From: Vicinamibacteria bacterium | GTDB lineage: Bacteria; Acidobacteriota; Vicinamibacteria; Marinacidobacterales; Marinacidobacteraceae | Direction of reading: 5' to 3' | DNA: 64,000 bases | Assembly (NCBI GenBank): GCA_965199715.1 | Contig: OZ241322.1 | Span: 1,728,001-1,792,000 of the forward strand | Part shown: positions 38,986 through 49,100 of the stretch, piece after piece | Numbering within the stretch: the first letter of the stretch is position 1 | Layout of the letters: every line of letters starts with the position of its first letter | Made by a program: the position numbers and the translations under genes | The notes under the pieces: model-generated | Database searches by the model: none | The model's input: the letters and a program-made list of their open reading frames with translations, nothing else | Told to the model about the DNA's origin: nothing

Positions 38986-39231
38986 ATGAGACTGGCCGCG
39001 CTGGTTGCGCTCGCGCTGCTGTTCGTCGCGGGCGGCCCTCACTTCCACGAGGAGCCCGAGGGGCAGGTCGAGACCTGCGTCCTCTGCCACGGACTCGACG
39101 CGACCCCGGCCGCTTCCGCCCATGCGGAAGGGCCGCATCCGGTCGCCGCCCCGATCTCCCCGCCGGCCGCGCTCGAGCGCCCGGCCGAGGCTCCGCGCTT
39201 CGGTCCGGGTCCCCGCGCTCCGCCCGCCTGA
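38986..39231 (+). CDS. DUF2946-like leader peptide (hydrophobic N-terminus, HxH, CxxC, C-terminal RAPP)
   Basis: MRLAALVALALLFVAGGPHFHEE...ETCVLCHG...GPRAPPA*. Confidence 0.8.
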   Translation: MRLAALVALALLFVAGGPHFHEEPEGQVETCVLCHGLDATPAASAHAEGPHPVAAPISPPAALERPAEAPRFGPGPRAPPA

Positions 39232-39307
39232 CTCGACGATCCCGTTTTTCGTCGTCGCGCCGGCGCCCGCTTCGCGCCGGCGCTCCCCCTTCCGGGAGGA
39301 GAGTCCC

Positions 39308-40060
39308 ATGTCCAACCAGGCCGAATCCAACGGCCGCGCCCCCATCCTCGAGGCCCAGTCGCTCCACAAGCGGTACGGCGACCTCGAGGCCGTCTCCGGT
39401 CTCGATCTCGCGGTCCGCTCCGGCGAGATCTACTGCCTGCTCGGCCCGAACGGCGCCGGCAAGACCACCACCATCCACCTCTTCCTCGGGTTCCACGAGC
39501 CCAGCGCCGGCAGCGTCCGGGTCTCCGGATTCGACGTGGCCGCCGACGCGCTCGAGGCCCGTCGCCGACTCGCCTACGTGCCTGAGCAGGTGATGCTCTA
39601 CCGCAACCTGAGCGGGCTGGAGAACCTGAGGTACTTCGCCGCGCTCGGCGGGCGCGACGCGCTCTCCACCGTGGAGCTCACCGCGATCCTCGTCGACGTC
39701 GGCCTGCCGACGGGCGCCGCCCTGCGCCGGGTCGGCGAGTACTCGAAGGGCATGCGGCAGAAGGTAGGCATCGCCATCGCCGTGGCGAAGCGGGCCGGCG
39801 CGCTGCTGCTCGACGAGCCCACCTCGGGCCTCGACCCCAAGGCGTCGCGCGAGTTCGCCGAACTCATCGAGAAGCTGCGCGACCGGGGCGTGGCGGTGCT
39901 GATGGCGACGCACGACCTGTTCCGGGCCAAGGAGCTCGGAACGCGGATCGGCATCATGCGCCGGGGCCGCCTCGCGACCGAACTCAGCGCCGCCGAGGTC
40001 GGCCACGCCGATCTCGAGCGCATCTACCTCGACAACATGCGCGAGGAGGCGACCGCATGA
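39308..40060 (+). CDS. ABC transporter ATP-binding protein
   Basis: GPNGAGKTT, YSKGMRQK, LLDEPTSGLD; GGAGGAG SD. Confidence 0.95.
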   Translation: MSNQAESNGRAPILEAQSLHKRYGDLEAVSGLDLAVRSGEIYCLLGPNGAGKTTTIHLFLGFHEPSAGSVRVSGFDVAADALEARRRLAYVPEQVMLYRNLSGLENLRYFAALGGRDALSTVELTAILVDVGLPTGAALRRVGEYSKGMRQKVGIAIAVAKRAGALLLDEPTSGLDPKASREFAELIEKLRDRGVAVLMATHDLFRAKELGTRIGIMRRGRLATELSAAEVGHADLERIYLDNMREEATA

Positions 40061-41466
40061 TCCGTCACATCGTCAAGAAGGAGTTCACCGATTTCCTCCG
40101 CGACGGGCGCTTCCGCTGGTGCGCCGCGATCGTCGGGGCCTTGCTTCTGGTCTCGCTCGGAAGCGGGTTCGTCGAGACCCGCCGCGCCGAGCGGGCGCAC
40201 TCGGCGGCGCGGGAGACCGCCCGCGAGCACTGGGAGTCGCAGGGCGAGAAGAACCCCCACTCCGCCGCCCACTACGGGATCTACGCGTTCAAGCCGCGGC
40301 TGCCGCTGTCGTTCCTCGACCGGGGGGTCGATCCCTACGCCGGCACTTCGGTCTGGCTGGAGGCCCACCGCCAGAACGACTTCCTGATGCGCCCGGCCCA
40401 GGACGCGACCGCCGGCCAGCGCCTCGGGGCGCTGACCGCGGCGCAGGTGCTCCAGATCCTCGTGCCGCTGCTCATCATCCTGCTGGCGTTCGGCGCGCTC
40501 GCCGGCGAACGCGAGCAGGGCACGCTGCGGCAGGTCCTGGCGACCGGGATCTCGCGACGCGACCTGGCGCTCGGGAAGGCGATCGGGGTCGCCGGCGCGC
40601 TCGCGCTCCTCGTCTTCCCGGCCGCCGTCCTCGGAGCCGCGGCGATCGCGATCGGAAGCCCGGGACCCGCGGCGCCGGTCTTGACGCGGGGCGCCGTGCT
40701 CGCGCTCGCCTACGCGGCGTACTTCGGAGTCTTCGTCGCGCTCGCGCTCGCGGTCTCGGCGTGGGCTCGCTCCGCTCGGGCCGCGCTGGTCGCGCTTCTC
40801 GGGGTCTGGGCCGTGAACGGCCTCGTCGCGCCGCGGGTCGCGGTGGACCTGTCCAAGCGGATCCACCCCACTCCGTCGGCGGTCGAGTTTGCCCGGACGA
40901 TGGAGCTGGAGATGGCGACCGGCGTCCCCGGGGTCGATAAGCCCGACCGCGACGCCGTCACCGCGCGTCTTCTGGCCGAGCACGGCGCCGAGACGGTGGA
41001 CGAGCTGCCGCTGAACGTCATCGGCGTGTACCTGCAGGAGAGCGAGGAATTCGCGAACCGGATCTTCGATCGGAACTACGGGGCGCTTTGGGACCGGTTC
41101 GAGCGGCAGGGGACGGTGCACGAGGCGCTGTCGATCGCCGCTCCGCTGCTCGCGATCCGGACGCTGTCGATGGGGCTCTCCGGAACCGACGTGGAGCAGC
41201 ACCGGCACTTCGCGACCGCGGCGGAGACCTACCGGCGAGACCTGATGCGCGACATGAACGGCGACCTCGCGCAGAACTCGCGGACCGGGGACATGTACCT
41301 CGCCTCGGCGGACCGCTGGGCCGAGACGCCGCCATTCCACTACGACGCGCCCACTCTCGGCTGGGTGCTCGGCAACCGGTCGCTCTCGCTCTCGCTCCTC
41401 GGGGTCTGGCTGCTGGGCGCGATCCTCCTCGCCGGGGCGCTCGTCCGGCGGACGGCGGTGGCCTGA
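40057..41466 (+). CDS. ABC-2 type permease (DUF3526-like)
   Basis: KNPHSAAHYG, WLEAHRQN, GEREQGTL; ATGA overlap. Confidence 0.88.
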   Translation: MIRHIVKKEFTDFLRDGRFRWCAAIVGALLLVSLGSGFVETRRAERAHSAARETAREHWESQGEKNPHSAAHYGIYAFKPRLPLSFLDRGVDPYAGTSVWLEAHRQNDFLMRPAQDATAGQRLGALTAAQVLQILVPLLIILLAFGALAGEREQGTLRQVLATGISRRDLALGKAIGVAGALALLVFPAAVLGAAAIAIGSPGPAAPVLTRGAVLALAYAAYFGVFVALALAVSAWARSARAALVALLGVWAVNGLVAPRVAVDLSKRIHPTPSAVEFARTMELEMATGVPGVDKPDRDAVTARLLAEHGAETVDELPLNVIGVYLQESEEFANRIFDRNYGALWDRFERQGTVHEALSIAAPLLAIRTLSMGLSGTDVEQHRHFATAAETYRRDLMRDMNGDLAQNSRTGDMYLASADRWAETPPFHYDAPTLGWVLGNRSLSLSLLGVWLLGAILLAGALVRRTAVA

Positions 41467-41467
41467 C

Positions 41468-42898
41468 ATGACGCTGCGCACCGTCCTTCGGAACGAGTGG
41501 CGCCTGCTCGTCGCCGACCGGGCGCTCGTGCTGGCGCTGCTCGGGTTCGTCCTCCTGTTCGGCTACGCGCTCGCGAACGGGCTGGCGTGGACCGACTTCC
41601 AGGACCGCACGCTCAGCCTCGTGCGGTCGGGGAACGTCGAGCGCGTCGAGGCGCTCGGGACCGAGCTGGAAGCCATCGCCAACGGGGCCCTGCCGTCCTC
41701 GCCGTTCCGCGATCCCCGTTCGCCGACCGTGCTCGGCGGCGCGAGCGGCGCCCACACGGCAGTTCTGGAGCCCGGGCCCTTGACCGCGCTGGCGGTCGGG
41801 CAGACCGACCTGCTGCCGTGGTACTACGACGTCAGCATATACACCAACGAGTCCTCGCTGCTCCAGAACGGCGAGATCGAGAACCCGCTGAACTTGCTGG
41901 TCGGGCGCTTCGACCTGGCGTTCGTCACGGTGTACCTGCTGCCGCTGCTGATCCTCGCCCTCGGCTTCAACGTGCTCTCCGGGGAGCGGGAGCAGGGGAC
42001 GCTGGCGCTGACGCTCTCGCAGCCGGTCTCGGTCCGTTCGGTCGTGTCCGCCAAGCTGCTTTTCCGGGCCATCCTCGTGATCGGGCTGGCGCTCGGGGCT
42101 TCGGCGGTCGGGATGCTGGCCTCGGGCGGGTTCGGGTCGCCCGGGCGCGTCGCGCTGTGGTGCGCGGCGGTGACCGCCTACGCGCTCTTCTGGTTCGCGC
42201 TGGCGGCGTGGGTGAACGGCCTCGGCCGCTCGTCCGCGTGGAACGCGACCGTGCTGGTGGGGGCGTGGCTGCTGCTCGTGGTGGTGCTTCCGGCCGCCGT
42301 GAACATCAGCGCCGGGCTGCTGCATCCGCTGCCGTCCAGAGTCGAGATGATCACCGCCCAGCGCACGGCCTCGAACGACGCGGTCAACCAGCGCAGCGAG
42401 CTGCTCGCCCAGTATCTGGAGGACCATCCGGAGATGGCCGTGGGGGTCGTGCCCGACGAGGCCACCCGCGGGGCGCTCGCGTGGGCGGCTACCGAGGCGG
42501 TGAACGAGCGGCTGCGCGAGGTCACCTCGCAGCACGAGGAGCGGCTCGCCGCGCAGCAGTCGGTGGTCCGCCGCTATCGGTTCCTGTCGCCGGCGCTTCT
42601 CGCGCAGGAGGCGCTGCTCGACGCGGCGGGGACTGGCGACGCCCGATTCGAGCGGTTCCGTTCGCAGGTCCGGGGTTTCGCCGACGAGTGGCGGGCGCTG
42701 TTCGTGCCGGCCATCCTCGCGGGGGAGCAGATGCACGCGGGTGTGCTGGCCGACCTGCCGTCGTTCCGGTTCGACGACGAGGCGAACTCGGAGGTCGCGG
42801 CCCGGGCGGCCGTCCCGCTGGCGGCGCTGCTGATCCTGGCGGCGCTGGTCGGCGCGGGCGCGGTGGGGCGGCTGCGCCGGGTCACCGGTCCGGCGTAG
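41468..42898 (+). CDS. ABC-2 type permease (DUF3526-like), second subunit
   Basis: LAVGQTDL, ENPLNLLVGRFDLAFV, GEREQGTL, DHPE. Confidence 0.88.
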   Translation: MTLRTVLRNEWRLLVADRALVLALLGFVLLFGYALANGLAWTDFQDRTLSLVRSGNVERVEALGTELEAIANGALPSSPFRDPRSPTVLGGASGAHTAVLEPGPLTALAVGQTDLLPWYYDVSIYTNESSLLQNGEIENPLNLLVGRFDLAFVTVYLLPLLILALGFNVLSGEREQGTLALTLSQPVSVRSVVSAKLLFRAILVIGLALGASAVGMLASGGFGSPGRVALWCAAVTAYALFWFALAAWVNGLGRSSAWNATVLVGAWLLLVVVLPAAVNISAGLLHPLPSRVEMITAQRTASNDAVNQRSELLAQYLEDHPEMAVGVVPDEATRGALAWAATEAVNERLREVTSQHEERLAAQQSVVRRYRFLSPALLAQEALLDAAGTGDARFERFRSQVRGFADEWRALFVPAILAGEQMHAGVLADLPSFRFDDEANSEVAARAAVPLAALLILAALVGAGAVGRLRRVTGPA

Positions 42899-44012
42899 GG
42901 AGCGGGGCGCCCCGGAGGAAGTCGTCCACCGGGGCGCCCTTTGGCTGCGGGCGCGGGTCCGGAGACATTCGGATCCGGGCGGGATCGAGTCGCACGAACC
43001 AGCGCTCACGGGGACGCGAGGCCACGAAGTCCACGTCCGCCGCCCCCGCGGTCACGTGGAAGCCGCGGCGGCGCAGTTCGAGGTACACGAGGTTCTCGAG
43101 CACCGCGCCGACGTCGTCCTCGCGATAGCCGAGGACCTCGCGGCGAAGGCCGACGTCGCCGAGGTAGTACTTGGGATTCACCTGGAGCAGCCGCTTGCCG
43201 CGCACGTCGAAGCGCGGCGTCGGCGCGAGCAGGAAGGCGTCGCCGAGGAAGGAGAGGTAGTTGAGCACCGTGTCCACCGACGTCGCGCGCCGCTGGCTCT
43301 TCAGGTAGTCGGCGATTCGCTTCGCGGAGACCGGGCTTCCCACGACGTCCGCCGCGAAGCGCAGGACGGACTCCAGCAGCGCGACGTCCCGGATCCCGTG
43401 GCGTCCGATGACGTCGCGGATGGCGATCGTGCTCACCGCGTCGGCGAGCATCCGGTCCAGCACCCGGTCGCTCAGGTCGGTGTGCAGCAGGCCCGGGAGA
43501 CCTCCGGTGCGGAGGTACAGTCGGAAGACGCCTTCGTCGTCGAGCGCCGCGTCCGCACGCTCGCGGTACAGCTCGGTGAACTCGCCGAGACTCAGCGGGA
43601 AGACCTGGACCGTGGCGTAGCGCCCGGCGATGCGCGTGGCGAGTTCCGACGACAGGAGCGCCGCGTTCGATCCGCCGCCGACGACTTCGGTGCGCGGCTC
43701 GGCGTTCAGCGAGGCCGCCGCCCGCTCCCACTCGGCGATCTGCTGGATCTCGTCCACCACGACGACCCGCGGCTCGGAGCGGCGCGCGTTCGCCTCCACG
43801 AAGTCCACGAGGTCGCGGGCGGTGCGGACGCCGTCGAAGTCGAGCGATTCCTTGTCCACGTACACGACTTGCCGTTCGTCTCGCAGCGACTCGGCGAACT
43901 GGCGCAGCAGGACGCTCTTGCCGGCGCGGCGGAGACCGGTGACGACCGTGATGACCGGGGCGTCGAGGAACTGGCGGAGCGCGTCGAGGTAGCGCCGCCG
44001 TTGAATTTCCAT
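42882..44012 (-). CDS. AAA+ ATPase (AAA_14/DUF4143-type), C-terminus apparently degenerate
   Basis: GLRRAGKS Walker A, VDEIQ Walker B, GSNA, KYYLGDVG, LENLVYLEL, DFVA. Confidence 0.85.
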   Translation of the reverse strand: MEIQRRRYLDALRQFLDAPVITVVTGLRRAGKSVLLRQFAESLRDERQVVYVDKESLDFDGVRTARDLVDFVEANARRSEPRVVVVDEIQQIAEWERAAASLNAEPRTEVVGGGSNAALLSSELATRIAGRYATVQVFPLSLGEFTELYRERADAALDDEGVFRLYLRTGGLPGLLHTDLSDRVLDRMLADAVSTIAIRDVIGRHGIRDVALLESVLRFAADVVGSPVSAKRIADYLKSQRRATSVDTVLNYLSFLGDAFLLAPTPRFDVRGKRLLQVNPKYYLGDVGLRREVLGYREDDVGAVLENLVYLELRRRGFHVTAGAADVDFVASRPRERWFVRLDPARIRMSPDPRPQPKGAPVDDFLRGAPLPTPDR

Positions 44013-44096
44013 ATTTCGAGCACAGTCCAATGTTGCGCAGTTCGCGTACAAGTTTCGATCATGTTCGAAATGTGAGCGCGCGTATCCTGGGCGGTC

Positions 44097-44993
44097 GTGA
44101 GCACCGATTCCGCGATCCGCGCCGCCGCGTTCGTCGCGATCGAGCGGCTGGCGCGGGAGCACCCGGCGGGCATTCCATGGCGGGCGGTCAAGGTCGGGTT
44201 CGAGGTTGGCGGGGAGGCGGTGCATTTCGCCGGCAGGGCCGTCGGCATCTTCAAGCCGCGCCAGCTCGCCGCGGCGTTGAGCATCAGGACGGTGGTCCCC
44301 AAGACGGGGCGGCGCACTTGGTATCAGGATCAGGAAGGCGGCCTGGAGAGCGATCCCACGTCCGGGCTCATGCGGTACAGCCTCTCCAGGACCAGGTCGA
44401 TGAACCGCGCCCTGCGGGAGGCCATGGAGTTACGGGCGCCGCTGATCTGGTTCGTCGGTCTCGGACCCGCCCGGTACGAGGCGCTGTTTCCAGTCTTCGT
44501 TGAGGCCATCCAAGCCGGCGAAGCGCTCCTGAGCACGCGCGACGGTCCGGTGGTCCAGCCCCCGGCCGAGCAGGTCATGGAACCCTCGTGGTCGCTCCAG
44601 GTCACGCGGAGGCGGAACCACCAGCAGTGGTTCTCCATGCGCACCCGCAGCGCCTACGGACAGCGCTGCGCATTCAGCGGCCTGCCGGTGCGCGAGCTGC
44701 TCGTCGGCGCCCACATCGTGCCCGACGCGGCCGGCGGACCGGCTTCGGTTACGAACGGCGTCTGCATGTCCACGCTCCACCACACGGCCTTCGACGCGAA
44801 CCTGATCGGGGTGGACCCGGATCTGAAGATCCACGTCTCGCCGTCGCTGCGCGCGCGGAAAGACGGCGACCTGTGGTCGGCGCTCGCCAAGCTGGACGGG
44901 GCGAAGCTGCGGCCCCCGCGCCTCGAGTCGGACCGGCCGAAACCCGAGTACCTCGAACGGCGCTTCGCGGACTTCCGGGCGGCGCATCGGTAG
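44097..44993 (+). CDS. HNH endonuclease (putative restriction enzyme)
   Basis: AYGQRCAFSGL, AHIVPD, NGVCMSTLHHTAFD. Confidence 0.88.
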   Translation: MSTDSAIRAAAFVAIERLAREHPAGIPWRAVKVGFEVGGEAVHFAGRAVGIFKPRQLAAALSIRTVVPKTGRRTWYQDQEGGLESDPTSGLMRYSLSRTRSMNRALREAMELRAPLIWFVGLGPARYEALFPVFVEAIQAGEALLSTRDGPVVQPPAEQVMEPSWSLQVTRRRNHQQWFSMRTRSAYGQRCAFSGLPVRELLVGAHIVPDAAGGPASVTNGVCMSTLHHTAFDANLIGVDPDLKIHVSPSLRARKDGDLWSALAKLDGAKLRPPRLESDRPKPEYLERRFADFRAAHR

Positions 44994-45007
44994 TACGCTC
45001 CGGCGCC

Positions 45008-45364
45008 CTGAGACTCCTCCTCCTGGTCGCGCTGGGCGGCGCGCTCGGCGCTTCGGCGCGTCACCTGTCGGCGGAGTGGCTCGCGCGGGGGGCCGCCGGG
45101 ACGCTGCTCGTGAACGCGGTCGGCTCGTTCCTGATGGCGATCCTCGCCGGAACGGTCGCCGCGAAGAACCCGGAGATGCGCGGATTCCTCCTCGTCGGCG
45201 TCCTCGGCTCGTTCACGACGTTCTCGGCCTTCTCGCGCGACGCCGTGGAGTTCTTCCAGCGCGGGGACGCGTTGCTGGCTTCCGGCTACGTCGCGGGCTC
45301 CGCAGCGCTGTCGATCCTCGCCTTCGTCGCCGGCCTCGCCCTCGCGCGCACGTTCACGGCATGA
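45008..45364 (+). CDS. crcB: Fluoride channel FluC/CrcB (start uncertain, CTG proposed)
   Basis: GGALGASAR, GTLLVNAVGSF, GVLGSFTTFSAFS. Confidence 0.88.
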   Translation: MRLLLLVALGGALGASARHLSAEWLARGAAGTLLVNAVGSFLMAILAGTVAAKNPEMRGFLLVGVLGSFTTFSAFSRDAVEFFQRGDALLASGYVAGSAALSILAFVAGLALARTFTA

Positions 45365-45784
45365 AGCTGCCCACGAAGCAGCTCGAGAGCGGCGTCGAGA
45401 CGCTCGCGGCCGCGATGGACCTTCCGCCGGCTCACCGTCCGGGCGAGGTTGGGAGCCGCGTCGCCCGCGCCGCGTGCTCGAAGCAGTATGAACTCATCCT
45501 CGAGGGTCGCCGCCAGGCTGCTGCGCCGAAAGCTGCGCGACTGGGCCACGGCTCACGCATCGGCGCGGCGGTTGACGTTCCGCCAGTCGTTCCGAACGGC
45601 GGGCGAGTTCGCGTTGCTGGACGAGGACGCCTGCGAGCGGTGGCTGGCGTATCGGGACCTGCGCAACGAATCGGCGCACGATTACGACGACGCCGTCGCG
45701 GAGGGCGTGATGGAGACGCTGCCGGATTTCCGGAAGGACGCGAAGGCGCTTGTCCGCGCGTTGCGGAAGGCTGGCGATGAGTGA
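45361..45784 (+). pseudogene. HEPN (HI0074-like) toxin, +1 frameshift at GGG 45504-45506
   Basis: RAACSKQYELILE in frame 1; RNESAHDY (RxxxxH) in frame 2. Confidence 0.82.
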
Positions 45785-46094
45785 CCGCATCGAACGGAAG
45801 CCGCGGCGCCGGCGGCGCGTCGAGCGGATCCTCCGGGCGCGGGAGCCGGGAGTCGAGGCGTGGGCCTACGGCAGCCGGGTGAAGGGGCGGAGCCGCTCCG
45901 GGAGCGATCTCGACCTTGCGCTCCGGGGTCCCGGGCTGCGGCCGATTCCGGACGGCGTGCTGCGCGGATTGCGGAAGATGTTCCACGACTCCACGATCCC
46001 GTTCTTCGTGGAAGTGCGCGACTGGGCGCGGCCCCCCGAGAGTCTCCACGAGGAGATCGAGCGCGACCACGTAGTCATGGTCGCGCCCGAATAG
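45777..46094 (+). CDS. Minimal nucleotidyltransferase (MNT) antitoxin
   Basis: WAYGSRVKG...SDLDLAL; overlaps HEPN stop. Confidence 0.85.
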   Translation: MSDRIERKPRRRRRVERILRAREPGVEAWAYGSRVKGRSRSGSDLDLALRGPGLRPIPDGVLRGLRKMFHDSTIPFFVEVRDWARPPESLHEEIERDHVVMVAPE

Positions 46095-46100
46095 CCCGAA

Positions 46101-49100
46101 TCAGCGACCCGGTTCGGCCTTCTCCACCCGGACGATGCCCGGCATGCCGGTGGACTCGAGCGCCGTGTTCACGCCGGTGAGGCCCGACTCCACAACCTCG
46201 TCGAACTCGGCGGCGCGCTCCTGGACCTGCGCGTGGAGCATCTCGTACACCTCGCGCATCTGGTCCGTCGGCGGGAAGTCGGCGCTCGCCACCGCGCCCG
46301 CGAGATAGGTGATCTTGCCGGCGAGCTGGGTGGGCCAGCGGATCTGGTCCTGCCCGGTGCCGCTGACCAGAAGCTGGATCAGGTGCTCCTCGATCGCGAG
46401 CAGCGATCCGTCGAACCCGTCCACGACCGAGGCGATGCCCTCGACCCGCCCGGCGTCCTCGGCGAGCGTCTTCAGGTCGAGCACCTGCCGGCGGAACCAC
46501 TCGATCTCGTTCACCATACCGGCGACCTGCTCGAGATCGGCCCGCAGCAGGCGCAGCAGCGCCGTCTGCGCCTCGATGTCCTCGAGCGCGCCCTCGCTGC
46601 GCGGGTCCTTGCGCACTTCGATCGGCGCGGTGCGCTCCTCGTCGCCGACCATGAGCGCGACCGTGTAGTCGCCCGGCGGCGCGAGGATCGAGATGCGCCC
46701 GACGTTGGATTCGCGGGTGCGGTCGTTGCCGAGGTCCACCCAGTCGGCGAACCGCGGCTTGGTGCGCAGCACCGCCTGCGTGGAGGCGTCCTCGCGGAGA
46801 TCCCACCAGACCCGGTTCAGGCCGGCCTCGCCCTCCGCATCCATCGTGCGGACCGCCTCGCCGGCCGCGTTGCGGATCTCGATGCTGACATCCTCGGCCG
46901 CCTCGTCGAGCCAGAAGTTGATCGGGGCGCCGTAGGGCGGGTTCTCGCCCGCGGACCAGTCGTCGAACTGCGCGAACGGCGCGGTGATCGGGTGGAAGCG
47001 ATAGACCCCCCGCGGCTCGAACAGGTGGACGCTGGCCGCCTCCACGTCCTCGTTCCACTGCTGGAGCGGCGAAACGTCGTCGAGGATCCAGAAGCCGCGC
47101 CCGTAGGTGCCGATCACGAGATCGCCGAAGTGCTCCTGTACCGCGATCCAGTACATCGGGCTGGGCGGGAGGCCGTTCGCGAGCCGCTGCCAGTTCTCCC
47201 CGTCGTCGAAGCTGACGTAGAGGAAGTTCTCGGTGCCGAGATACAGAAGCCCCGGTCGCACCGGATCCTCGCGGACGTTGCGCGTGTAGCTCAGCGGGCT
47301 GTCGGCCACGCCGTTCACGATCAGGTCCCACGACGCGCCGAAGTCCGACGTCCGATAGACGTAAGGGGCGAAGTCGCCGGTCTGATGGTTCTCGACCGTC
47401 ATGTACGCCTTGCCGACCTCCCACTTCGAGGCGTCGATGTTCCGGACGACGCCGTCCGTCGGCATGTTCGGGACGTTGGCCGTGACCTCGGTCCAGTTCG
47501 CGCCCCCGTCGCGCGTCAGGTGGACCTTGCCGTCGTTGGTGCCGGCCCAGATCACGCCGGCGGTCACCGGGCTCTCGTCGATCGCGTACACGACGCAGCA
47601 GAACTCGACCCCGATGTTGTCCGGGGTCAGCCCGCCGGAGATCGTCTGGCGGGACTTGTCGTTCGTGGTCAGGTCGGGGCTGATCTCGTCCCAGCTCTGG
47701 CCGCCGTTCGTGGTGCGCATCACGTACTGGCTGCCGACCATGATCGTGTTCCGGTCGTGGGGCGAGATGAGCAGCGGGAACACCCACTGGAACCGGTAGC
47801 GCAGGTTCTCCGCGGGCCAGCCGAGCGTGCTCTCGGGCCAGACCTCGAGCTGCCGGAACTGGCGGGCGCGCTCGTCGTAGCGGACCACGATGCCGCCCGC
47901 CGCGCCCGCGCCGGACGCGCTCGACCAGACGATGTTGTGGTCCTCCGGATCCGGCGTTGCGAAGCCGCTCTCGCCGCCGCCCACGCCGTGCCACATGCCG
48001 CGGGGGATTCCGGAGGAGAAGAAGCCGCCGGTGAACGCGCGGCTCGGCCCCCGCGTGGAAGGCCCGTCCTGCCGGTTGCCGAGGACGTTGTAGGGAATCG
48101 CGTTGTCCACGGTCACGTGGTACATCTGGGCCAGCGGCAACTGGATCTTGAACCACGAGCGGCCCCGATTCTCGGAGATGGAGACGCCGCCGTCGTGCGC
48201 GACCGCCATCCGGTCGCCGTCGGTCGGGTCGATCCAGATGTCGTGGTGGTCCCAGCCGGGGGCCTCGTCGAACCCGTGCACCCGGTGCGACTTGCCGGCG
48301 TCCAGCGTCGAGGCGAACGACGCGGTCAGGAAGTAGGCCTCGTCCCGGTCGTCCGGCGAGACCCCGCAGCGCGCGTAGTAGGCGTTGCGTCCGGCGAGGT
48401 TCCGGTTGTGGCTCTGGATCCGCCAGTTCGTCCCCCCGTCGTCGCTGACCCAGAGCTCGCCGCTCTCGGCCTCCGCGCCGTCGTACGGAATCCCGTCGGC
48501 GGTCTCGATGAGCGCGTACACCCGCCTGGAGTCGGCGCGGGTCATGCAGACCGCGACCTTGCCCACGTCGAGCCTCGGCAGCCCGTTGCCCTCGAGCCGC
48601 TTCCAGGTGTCGCCGCCGTCGCGGGACATGTGAAGCCCGCTCCCCGGCCCGCCGCTCGTGCGGTTCCATGTCTTCAGGTCGAGCTGCCACATCCCGGCGA
48701 AGAGGATGCGCGGGTTGTTCGGGTCCATCACGAGGTCGGAGGCCCCGGTGTTCTCGTCCACGAACAGGACCTGCTCCCACGTCTCGCCGCCGTCGGTCGT
48801 CCGGTAGATCCCGCGTTCGGGCTGCGGGGCGTAGGCGTGGCCGAGCGAGGCGGCGTACACCACGTCCGGGTCCGTGGGATGGATCACGATGCGCCCGATC
48901 CGGGCGGTCTTCTCGAGTCCCATCGCGGTCCACGTCTCGCCGGCGTCGGTGGACTTGAAGACCCCGGTTCCGATCGAGACGTTGGCGCGGATGAAGGTCT
49001 CGCCGGTTCCGGCCCAGACCACGTTCGGATCCGACTCGGAGACCGCGAGGGCGCCCACGGCGTGGACGTCCTGGTCGTCGAACACCGGCCGCCACTTGAT

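Noticed and set aside
44994-45007. Fluoride riboswitch upstream of crcB
   Set aside because: Only about 14 nt separate the HNH stop from the proposed start and no riboswitch consensus is visible
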